DNA of 14,687 nucleotides. It comes from Candidatus Sulfobium sp. Lineage in GTDB: Bacteria; Nitrospirota; Thermodesulfovibrionia; Thermodesulfovibrionales; UBA6898. The stretch is from positions 1-14,687 of the forward strand of contig JARRRI010000042.1 of the NCBI GenBank assembly GCA_037380845.1, read 5' to 3'. Below the pieces are notes generated by a model. The model ran no database searches, had not been told where the DNA came from, and saw only the letters and a list, made by a program, of their open reading frames with translations. This document shows, one piece after another, positions 6,858-13,746 of the stretch (position 1 is its first letter; every line of letters starts with the position of its first letter). A program made the position numbers and the translations under genes.

Positions 6858-7533
6858 GAACAACAAACATCAGCCCTTTGCCCAGCTCCAGCCGCCCCGC
6901 TGTGCGCAATCTGACTTTGTAGAGAGTCGCCGCACAGACCAGGTTGTCGGTCAACGGAGCCAATGCAATGAGAGGCAGTGCAAGAAACTGATAAATTGAT
7001 GCTGCGAGGACAAGATAGGCGACCATCAATATCCTGTATGTGTTCTGTCTCGTAAACTGCATCCTCACTCTGAAGACGCCCGCCGTGAAAAAGAGGGCAA
7101 CGGCCATGTACAGCGTGACATCGACAGACCCTGAAGCCGGCAATTCGGCAAACGGCGCGGCAACCGCCAGCAGGAAAAAACCGGCTATTTCGGTGAGAAT
7201 GAAATGCTCGCCCTTCAGAAGAAAAAGAAGAAGATATGCCGCCGGGATAATCAGAAAGGGCAAAACCGCCGGAAAGGTGTGCCATGCAACGCTCACGATG
7301 AGCAGCGTTCCCGTCCCGATTTGTACGAGGAAAACGGCAATATATTTCCCGGAATCCGGGCCTTTACCTCTGAGCCAGAGCGTGAGAGCCTGTTTGGAAT
7401 TAACGTAAAGAACTAATGCTGCAAAGACTGCCGCGGCACCAGGGCTGAATCGGCCGCCAGCAGACAGCCCCGTCAGATATGAGAGGACTGCTACTCCCCA
7501 TGAACCGTATTCCTTAAGGATATAACGTTTCAA
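6829..7533 (-). CDS. YwiC-like integral membrane protein
   Basis: TTG start. N-terminal KEYGSWGV resembles the YwiC-family (E/Q)HGAW motif. There are many hydrophobic segments and a C-terminal GRLELG motif. Confidence 0.65.
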   Translation of the reverse strand: MKRYILKEYGSWGVAVLSYLTGLSAGGRFSPGAAAVFAALVLYVNSKQALTLWLRGKGPDSGKYIAVFLVQIGTGTLLIVSVAWHTFPAVLPFLIIPAAYLLLFLLKGEHFILTEIAGFFLLAVAAPFAELPASGSVDVTLYMAVALFFTAGVFRVRMQFTRQNTYRILMVAYLVLAASIYQFLALPLIALAPLTDNLVCAATLYKVRLRTAGRLELGKGLMFVVLMTVAYAGH

Positions 7534-7701
7534 AAGCCCTTTCTTGCCGCCGTGAAGGCGCTTCTATTTAATTCAGGGCCCCCGGACTGATCAGAACCTG
7601 TCTCAAAATTGAAATAGCGTTACAGGTCAGTGTGTTATTCCGGCCCTGGCAGACTTCGGCGAATGGGGCCATTTCAGCGCTCAGGCCGGTATCCCGCAGA
7701 A

Positions 7702-8409
7702 CTACTTCGCATTCAGAGAAGGCCTGACGTCTTTTTGGTAATTAAGTGCCGAGAAATAATTCGCTATGGCGGTCCTGTATTCTCCGATACTCTTCATCGC
7801 CTCTTTTGCGAGATTGAACCGCTGTTCGAGGCTGATCTTGCCACCCTGGTCTTTTACAGACCGCACGAAGTCAGGATACTGCAGAGGCGATGTCAGCACT
7901 GCGATACTGTGCCAGTTCTTCGCGGAAGCCATCGTCATGGCGGGACCGCCTATGTCGATATTGACCCTCGCGGTCTCGGCAGTGGTGTCCTGCTTCGCAA
8001 TAACCGACGTGAAGGGATACAGGTTGCCTACAAAGGCATCGAAATAAACGCCAGGGTTTCCGCCGAGTTTCGCCAGGGTTTCATAGATGTATTTCTCGTG
8101 GGCGGGGTTTCCCCTCTCCGCGAGAAGGCCGGCGTGTATCTTCGGATGCAGGGTCTTCACAAGGCCTCCCTCCATTTCCGGAGCGCCGGTAAAGTCTTCC
8201 ACGGATACGTAGTTCCCGGCCGCCTTGTCCCCCAGTATCTCCATGATCTTCTTGCCCGTGCCGCCGGTAGAATAAAAACGCACATCCGGATTAATCCCGG
8301 CAATTCCGTTTACAAGCTCCTCGAGACCCTGCTTGTCAAATACGCTCACCAGTATATGCTCCGGCCTGATCAGGTCTACAACCTGATAAATATTCTCTCT
8401 TATGCTCAT
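7702..8409 (-). CDS. purH: Stand-alone IMP cyclohydrolase (PurH N-terminal MGS-like domain only)
   Basis: Motifs LVSVFDK, STGGT, FTGAPEMEGGLVKTLHPKIHAGLL, NLYPF, NIDIGGPAM and SAKN. The protein ends after TAIANYF, and no AICAR transformylase domain follows. Confidence 0.88.
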   Translation of the reverse strand: MSIRENIYQVVDLIRPEHILVSVFDKQGLEELVNGIAGINPDVRFYSTGGTGKKIMEILGDKAAGNYVSVEDFTGAPEMEGGLVKTLHPKIHAGLLAERGNPAHEKYIYETLAKLGGNPGVYFDAFVGNLYPFTSVIAKQDTTAETARVNIDIGGPAMTMASAKNWHSIAVLTSPLQYPDFVRSVKDQGGKISLEQRFNLAKEAMKSIGEYRTAIANYFSALNYQKDVRPSLNAK

Positions 8410-8445
8410 CTCTCAGCCCCCGCTTTCATGTATTCTTGCTGCCCG

Positions 8446-8610
8446 TCACGTCCTGTCACAGGAGCGCGAAGATATTTTTTCCCATGTTTTTTCGTCTATC
8501 TCGTCCAGATATTCGGCCAGTGTATATCTTTTGCCGCAGTCCATGCAGCGCAGGGTGACCGTCCGTCAACCCATGAGCAGTTTCAGCTCGCCTTTGCAGT
8601 CCCTGCACAT
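8446..8610 (-). CDS. Probable dual-CXXC small selenoprotein, 54 aa, with Sec at codon 15 (UGA at 8566-8568)
   Basis: Manual translation: MCRDCKGELKLLMG-U-RTVTLRCMDCGKRYTLAEYLDEIDEKTWEKISSRSCDRT*. The in-frame TGA lies between two CxxC motifs. A GGAG is upstream, a SECIS-like hairpin is downstream, and the pattern fits the 'dual CXXC motif small (seleno)protein' family. The gene is absent from the ORF track. TTG at 8613 is an alternative start. Confidence 0.8.
8533..8549 (-). promoter_or_regulatory. Candidate bacterial SECIS hairpin
   Basis: GCUGCA-UGGAC-UGCGGC is a 6-bp stem with one G-U pair and a 5-nt loop with G at loop position 2. The loop starts after 22 nt downstream of the UGA, consistent with the general bacterial SECIS model. 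Confidence 0.55.
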
Positions 8611-8646
8611 CAAGATGGATTTTCTCCGGAATCAGACATGAAAATT

Positions 8647-8676
8647 ATTGTAGCCTATTTCGGTTATTTTTGTTAA
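8647..8676 (-). promoter_or_regulatory. Sigma70-type promoter for the selenoprotein / IMP-cyclohydrolase unit (TTAACA-18-TACAAT)
   Basis: On the minus strand: ttaaca (8676-8671), an 18-nt spacer, then tacaat (8652-8647), in an AT-rich patch. Confidence 0.5.
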
Positions 8677-8845
8677 CTGCGAAGTTAAGGCGTCGACAGC
8701 CCGGATACACGCAGCCTGGCTCCCCCTGCCTGCCGGACAGACCTCCCGTCCCGTGGCTTCAGGTATACCGGTTAAGGTAAAATAATTAACGGCTTTTTTG
8801 CATTCTGCCTGATAGAGGGTCATTGGATACATGTTTTCAAACGGC

Positions 8846-9469
8846 ATGCGAGTAGAAAAAATTGCAGTGGGACAGCTCGACGTAAACTGCTTCGTTGTCT
8901 CCGATGGGTCGCCGGAGGCAATGGTAATAGACCCCGGTGACGAGTCTGACTGCATTTCCTGGACGATTGACCAGCTGTCCCTGAGACCCCGATACATCCT
9001 CTTTACCCACGCACATTACGACCATGTCTGCGCCGGAGGTGATTTAAAGGCCAGGTATGGCGCATCAATAGTCATGCATGAGAGCGAAAGAGATACATAC
9101 CTCGCGACGAAAGACCTGTGCATATCGTGGGGCTACGGTCCGGAAGACTTCCCTCCTCCGGACCTTCTGGTAAAAGACGGTGACTTAATCACGGTGGGGG
9201 GTATTATGTTTGAGGTATTGCATGCGCCCGGCGATACTCCGGGCGTGATCTGCCTTTACGGCGGCAAGACCCTTTTCTCAGGAGACACCCTGTTCAGGGG
9301 CGCCGTGGGCAGGACGGACCTGGCCGGGGGCGACATTGGACTGCTCGGCAACTCACTCAGGAGAATCCTCGGCTTTCCTCCTGATACCAGGGTAATGTGC
9401 GGACATGGCGAAGAGACCACCATCGGCTTTGAATTACAGCACAACCCGTTTCTGCGCGGTCGAATATGA
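8846..9469 (+). CDS. MBL-fold metallo-hydrolase (glyoxalase II / YcbL-YqgX-like)
   Basis: Motifs VGQLDVNCFVV, VIDPG, THAHYDH (HxHxDH), LFSGDTLFRGAVGRTDL, GHGEETTIGFE and NPFL. The start is probably MRVEK (8846), with 8831 as an alternative. Confidence 0.92.
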   Translation: MRVEKIAVGQLDVNCFVVSDGSPEAMVIDPGDESDCISWTIDQLSLRPRYILFTHAHYDHVCAGGDLKARYGASIVMHESERDTYLATKDLCISWGYGPEDFPPPDLLVKDGDLITVGGIMFEVLHAPGDTPGVICLYGGKTLFSGDTLFRGAVGRTDLAGGDIGLLGNSLRRILGFPPDTRVMCGHGEETTIGFELQHNPFLRGRI

Positions 9470-10002
9470 AAGGTGCAATGTGTGAAGAGCCCGGTCCCCT
9501 GCCGCGTTTAATCGGGCAGGTGTTCCGGCATTGGGAAGCTGACCTGGGTCCCGTAAGAGCCCACTCGAAAAATTTCGCCCGTCTTATCGGGAAGGCAGAT
9601 CCCTTTATTCAGGAGAGCACCGCAGAAGTCTGTCCTCACTGCCGGCAGGTCTGCTGTATAAACAAACATTCTTATCATACTCATTTTGATGTCCTTTATC
9701 TGCTTGCACTCGGGGAAAAGGTACCCTCCCACGCGGTGGGCATGTCCGATTCTGAGCCATGCCAGTTTCTCTCCGCCCAGGGCTGCCGGCTGGGGCGCTT
9801 TTTGAGACCTTACAGGTGCACCTGGTATTTCTGCACCCCCTTGCTGGAGCATATGCGTAATGCTCCCGTGCGAAGATACCGGGCCTTCATCACCTGTCTG
9901 GAACAGATCTCAAGGGAAAGAGAACTTCTCCTGACCTCTTTTGTCGAAATCGCAAAAGAACGCTCTCTCATTAAGGACGTCCCTCTGCACGAATTCTACT
10001 GA
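9466..10002 (+). CDS. Cys-cluster protein, YkgJ/CxxCxxCC-like putative Zn/Fe-binding protein
   Basis: CPHCRQVCC ... CQFLSAQGCRL ... RPYRCTWYFC. ATGA overlap with the MBL gene stop. Confidence 0.7.
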   Translation: MKGAMCEEPGPLPRLIGQVFRHWEADLGPVRAHSKNFARLIGKADPFIQESTAEVCPHCRQVCCINKHSYHTHFDVLYLLALGEKVPSHAVGMSDSEPCQFLSAQGCRLGRFLRPYRCTWYFCTPLLEHMRNAPVRRYRAFITCLEQISRERELLLTSFVEIAKERSLIKDVPLHEFY

Positions 10003-10090
10003 AAAACTATAATAGTTCACTCCCGGGGCGAAGAAGTTTAAAATAGATCTATTGTGAATAATCCAGGTAGCCAGCCATTCGGATTTTGTC

Positions 10091-10627
10091 ATGATGCGGA
10101 ATAACCGGCGGCTGGGGCCCTGCGGCTCTTTCTGGGGGATCACCGGCGTTCTGGTGATCCTGGGCAGTGCGGTCTACCGGCTCACTCCTCTTGCACTGGA
10201 AGTATTTTCATATGACCTCCTATGGTATCACTGGTTTTCTGTCTGCCTTTCCCTGCTTCTCATGGCCTATGCCGAAGGCTACCGGGGCTTCCAGCAGCGA
10301 TTTTCGCCCCGTGTGGCGGCCAGGGCGAAATATCTGGCGGATCATCCGCGTCTACTCCACATCTTTCTTGCTCCCATTTTCTGCATGGGCTATTTTCACG
10401 CCACGAGGAAGAGGAAGATCACATCCTTTTCGGTCACCGCTGCCATAATAGTGTTGATCGTGCTGGTCCGTCTTATGCACCAGCCATGGAGAGGGATCGT
10501 TGACCTCGGCGTTGTGACGGGACTCATATGGGGTTTTGTATCGGTTCTCTTTTTCGGCATTAAGGCCTTTACCTCGGAAGACTTTGCCTTTTCACCCGAA
10601 GTCCCCGGGGGGGAAAAGGTGCCGTGA
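10091..10627 (+). CDS. Integral membrane protein of unknown function
   Basis: About 5 hydrophobic segments separated by motif-like loops (AYAEGYRGFQQRFSPRVAAR, APIFCMGYFHATRKRK, QPWRGIVDLGVV). Its stop overlaps the next start (GTGATG). Confidence 0.75.
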   Translation: MMRNNRRLGPCGSFWGITGVLVILGSAVYRLTPLALEVFSYDLLWYHWFSVCLSLLLMAYAEGYRGFQQRFSPRVAARAKYLADHPRLLHIFLAPIFCMGYFHATRKRKITSFSVTAAIIVLIVLVRLMHQPWRGIVDLGVVTGLIWGFVSVLFFGIKAFTSEDFAFSPEVPGGEKVP

Positions 10628-12513
10628 TGAGGCGCGATCGTTTTGTCCTGGCATTCCTGCTCGTTGCTGTCCAGCTTTCCTGGTGCAGTATCTGCCTCGG
10701 TGTCCCCCGGGGTACATATTTTACCAGGGCAAATGACTATTACAGCAGGGGCCGCTACGATGATGCCATAAAATATTACGGCAGGGCACTGAAGATCAGT
10801 CCGGACAGCTACCGTCTATACAATAACCGGGGCAACGCCTATTACAAAAAGGGGCTGTATGACAAGGCCGTCAGCGATTACACCAGGGCCGTAAAGATCG
10901 ACCCCCGAAGCGCCGAAGCTTATTACAACCGGGGCAACGCCTATTTTAGAAAAGGGCTCTACGACAAGGCCGTCAGCGATTACGACAAGGCCCTGACGAT
11001 CAACCCGCGCGATGCCGAAGCTTATTACAACCGGGGACTTACCCATTCATCGTGTGGAAACTATAAACAAGCCGTTGCCGATTACACAGAGGCGGCGAAG
11101 CTGAAAACCGGCGACGCCGAAACCTACAACAGTCGCGGCAATGCATATTCCAGACAGGGACTGTATGACAAGGCCATCAAGGATTACACGAAGGCGGTGA
11201 AAATCAGACCCCGGTATGCCGAAGCCTATATTGCATGGGGCCTCCTCAGCCTTCAAAGACGGAATTTGGAAGAGGCGCTGACTCATTTTACCAGGGCGAT
11301 AGAGATAGATCCGGGTGACGGCACGGCTTACGCAAACCGGGGAAACGTCTACTTTACAAAAGGCCTTTACGACAAGGCGATAAGCGATTACACCAGGGCA
11401 CTGGAAATCGATCCCGGGGACTACAGGGCTTTCGGCAACCGGGGGAACGCCTGTCTCGCAGAAGGTCAATACGATAAGGCGATAGGAGATTATACCAGGG
11501 CAGTGAAAATCAATCCAAAGTACGATAGGGGATACAATAACCGCGGCAGTGCACATTTCGCTAAGGGTCAGTACGACGAGGCGGTGAAAGATTACACCGT
11601 TGCACTGGAGATCAATCCGCGCTATGCAGAGTCTTATATCAACCGGGGTAATGCACACGTCGCCGCGGGAGACTCTGGGGAGGCGATAGACGACTATACG
11701 CAGGCCGCAGAACTGGACCCTTCTAATGAGAGGGCGTTTATCGGCCGCGGCAACGCATATTACCAGGCAGGAGAATACGGGAATGCAATCCGTGATTACA
11801 CGGAAGCCCTGCAATTCAATCAGGGAGACGCCGCTTTGCATTATAACAGGGGCAACCTCTATGCATTCACCGGTGATTACGACAATGCCATAAATGATTA
11901 CGGCGAAGCAATAAGGCTCGATCCCGGGGATGCGTCTTCCTTCAACAATCGCGGAAACGTCTATGTGGACAAGGGAGAATATGAAAGGGCGATCAGGGAT
12001 TATACAGAGGCAATAAGACTCGCCCCCCGGAATGCGCAGGCCTATTACAATCGGGCACATCTTTACTATCGCCGGGGGTCGTTCAGGAAAGCGGCGGCAG
12101 ACTTGAGAAAGAGCGCGGAAATCAACCCGCACTATGAATACGCCCGCGTCTGTCTGATGCTGGCACTGAGGAAAGTGTCGAAGGAAGAGTATGAAAAAGA
12201 ATTGGGGACCTTCAGGGATTATGTCAAAATGGAGAAGTCGGATGACTGGATCAGGACAATTTCAAGGTATTATCTGGGTCTTGTGAAGGAAGAGCAGGTA
12301 CTTTCTGAAGCCAAAAAAGGGAAGGACCGGGAAAAGAATAATGAGCGACTGTGCGAAGCATACTATTACCTCGGAGAAGAAAAGCTCTGGAACAAAGACC
12401 AAAAAGGTGCACTCATTTTTTTCCAAAAAAGCATTGAAACCGGCTCAAGCGGTCTGAACGAGTACATCAGCGCGCAAGGCATGATCGCCCTGATGAAGGC
12501 GGGCAAGATATAA
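10624..12513 (+). CDS. Secreted tetratricopeptide-repeat protein with an NlpI-like C-terminal region
   Basis: Signal-peptide-like N-terminus (MRRDRFVLAFLLVAVQLSWCSICLG), then 14 contiguous 34-aa TPRs. The C-terminal DWIRTISRYYLG...ERLCEAYYYLGE...NEY region resembles the NlpI C-terminus. Confidence 0.9.
   Translation: MMRRDRFVLAFLLVAVQLSWCSICLGVPRGTYFTRANDYYSRGRYDDAIKYYGRALKISPDSYRLYNNRGNAYYKKGLYDKAVSDYTRAVKIDPRSAEAYYNRGNAYFRKGLYDKAVSDYDKALTINPRDAEAYYNRGLTHSSCGNYKQAVADYTEAAKLKTGDAETYNSRGNAYSRQGLYDKAIKDYTKAVKIRPRYAEAYIAWGLLSLQRRNLEEALTHFTRAIEIDPGDGTAYANRGNVYFTKGLYDKAISDYTRALEIDPGDYRAFGNRGNACLAEGQYDKAIGDYTRAVKINPKYDRGYNNRGSAHFAKGQYDEAVKDYTVALEINPRYAESYINRGNAHVAAGDSGEAIDDYTQAAELDPSNERAFIGRGNAYYQAGEYGNAIRDYTEALQFNQGDAALHYNRGNLYAFTGDYDNAINDYGEAIRLDPGDASSFNNRGNVYVDKGEYERAIRDYTEAIRLAPRNAQAYYNRAHLYYRRGSFRKAAADLRKSAEINPHYEYARVCLMLALRKVSKEEYEKELGTFRDYVKMEKSDDWIRTISRYYLGLVKEEQVLSEAKKGKDREKNNERLCEAYYYLGEEKLWNKDQKGALIFFQKSIETGSSGLNEYISAQGMIALMKAGKI
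10711..12138 (+). repeat. 14 tandem 102-bp TPR-coding units
   Basis: Exact 34-aa periodicity from GTYFTRAN (10711) to INPHYE (12138), with consensus YxNRGNAY..KG.YDKAI.DYT.A..I.P. Confidence 0.9.
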
Positions 12514-12599
12514 ACTAGTGTGACTTTTGTTTTATTTGTGGGGGATGTCTTTCAGGGCTCCTCGCCGGTCTGAGTATCTGAATCGGCTGTAATTTTGAA

Positions 12600-13595
12600 C
12601 TACTGTGACGAATCATGAATAATACGTGCGTATTCAGCGACTGGAATCCTGGAATGCCACTTCCCTGCGAGAACGCCGGCCCCGATCACCAGATAGAAGA
12701 GCAGAAGAAGGATCACCGGATAAAAGACCGGCCTGAGCGCCCTCCTCTTTCTTCCCGTCTTCACCGTTACTTCCATCGCTCCCTTCGTCCGGCAACGGCT
12801 CACGCAGGTCATACACCCGAAACACTCGGCGGAGCCGATCACATCCTGACTCTCAACGTCGATAAGGGACGGGCAGTTGCTGCTGCATGCACCGCAGTGT
12901 GTGCAGGCCTTCTCGTTCCTGCGCACTTTCACGGGGCTGACACGGCTGAGGAGACCGAGAAGAGCCCCGTAAGGACAGAGATATCTGCACCAGAAATTCT
13001 TGTAGAAGAGAGAAAGACCGCCGATGCCGAAGAGCACCCAGAAGGCGGTGGGCGACATGTTTGTAAAGAATTCCATGGTCTTGAGATCCGCGATCTTGTA
13101 ATAGTCGGAGACAAAAAACAGGACCATCATGTTGGGAGCCATTGCAACGCCTATAAGCACCAGGAAAAGGGCCATCACAATGTACTTGACAGCCCGCAAT
13201 GACGAGTCGGCATATGTTCCCATCCTGAAGTTGCGGCCGAAGATCTTCTCTCCCGACATCCAGAAGACCTGCGAAACGGTGCCTACCGGGCATATCCAGC
13301 CGCAGAAACCCTTTTTCATTAAAAGAGATACGCAGACTATGGCTGTAAACATGACAAGTGCTGCCGGATGGAACGGTTCGATGTTCCCGGTAAAAAGAAA
13401 GTATTTTAAAGACATCAGCCCGGCTATAGGCAGGAAGGCGTCGACAGACGGGGGTCTCTGCACCAACGTATGGCCTCCCGCCGCGAGGTCAGTAACAAAA
13501 TTATAGAACTGATAACCTATAGAAACAGACAGCAGGAGAAAAAAAGCCTGCACGGCATATCTCAGGGTCCTGATATGTCTTCCGCCAGCAGTCAT
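12600..13595 (-). CDS. Membrane 4Fe-4S-binding protein (YccM/NapH-like polyferredoxin)
   Basis: Several transmembrane helices, two CxxxCP motifs (FCGWICP, WCRYLCP) and two ferredoxin motifs (CTHCGACSSNCP, CFGCMTCVSRC). Confidence 0.9.
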   Translation of the reverse strand: MTAGGRHIRTLRYAVQAFFLLLSVSIGYQFYNFVTDLAAGGHTLVQRPPSVDAFLPIAGLMSLKYFLFTGNIEPFHPAALVMFTAIVCVSLLMKKGFCGWICPVGTVSQVFWMSGEKIFGRNFRMGTYADSSLRAVKYIVMALFLVLIGVAMAPNMMVLFFVSDYYKIADLKTMEFFTNMSPTAFWVLFGIGGLSLFYKNFWCRYLCPYGALLGLLSRVSPVKVRRNEKACTHCGACSSNCPSLIDVESQDVIGSAECFGCMTCVSRCRTKGAMEVTVKTGRKRRALRPVFYPVILLLLFYLVIGAGVLAGKWHSRIPVAEYARIIHDSSQ

Positions 13596-13631
13596 GAAAT
13601 CTATGATAACTCTCCTGAAGGCGGCGAGTGT

Positions 13632-13645
13632 ATGACATATATCAT
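13632..13645. promoter_or_regulatory. Candidate Crp/Fnr-family binding site (ATGAC-N4-ATCAT) upstream of the polyferredoxin gene
   Basis: atgac atat atcat resembles the FNR box TTGAT-N4-ATCAA. It is centred about 42 nt upstream of the start site predicted from the minus-strand -10 TATCAT (13608-13603). Confidence 0.5.
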
Positions 13646-13746
13646 GTCAGAAACCGGGGTTCTTGCTATTTGAGCCCTCTTCTGTTACCTTCAAGTTAAT
13701 CATTATTGGCGGAAGGAAATCCAACCACGCAAGCGACATTATTGAC

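Noticed and set aside
6347..7285. 312-aa minus-strand ORF
   Set aside because: It is an alternative frame over the ywiC-like gene and antisense to tsaC, with no protein-like motifs.
7587..7630. Short inverted repeats (ctgatcag; acctgt...acaggt) upstream of the ywiC-like gene
   Set aside because: They are too short to distinguish from chance and match no operator I recognise.
8410..8448. Read-through of further in-frame TGAs fusing the selenoprotein to the IMP cyclohydrolase
   Set aside because: The two genes share a frame, but fusion needs two more UGA read-throughs with no convincing SECIS. A shared frame occurs by chance one time in three.
7630..8676. 348-aa plus-strand ORF
   Set aside because: It is an antisense shadow of the IMP-cyclohydrolase and selenoprotein genes and has no recognisable motifs.
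8690..8775. GC-rich patch upstream of the purH-like unit as a ZMP/ZTP riboswitch
   Set aside because: It has a GGGGAGC but lacks the GACUG(G/A)CG segment and the 3' CG(C/U)CUGGGC pseudoknot partner. It also lies upstream of the predicted promoter.
11047..12132. 361-aa minus-strand ORF with periodicity
   Set aside because: It mirrors the TPR repeats on the coding strand.
10711..12138. 102-bp periodic repeats as a CRISPR array or DGR repeat pair
   Set aside because: The repeats are in-frame TPR codons with no unique spacers, and no cas or reverse transcriptase gene is in the window.
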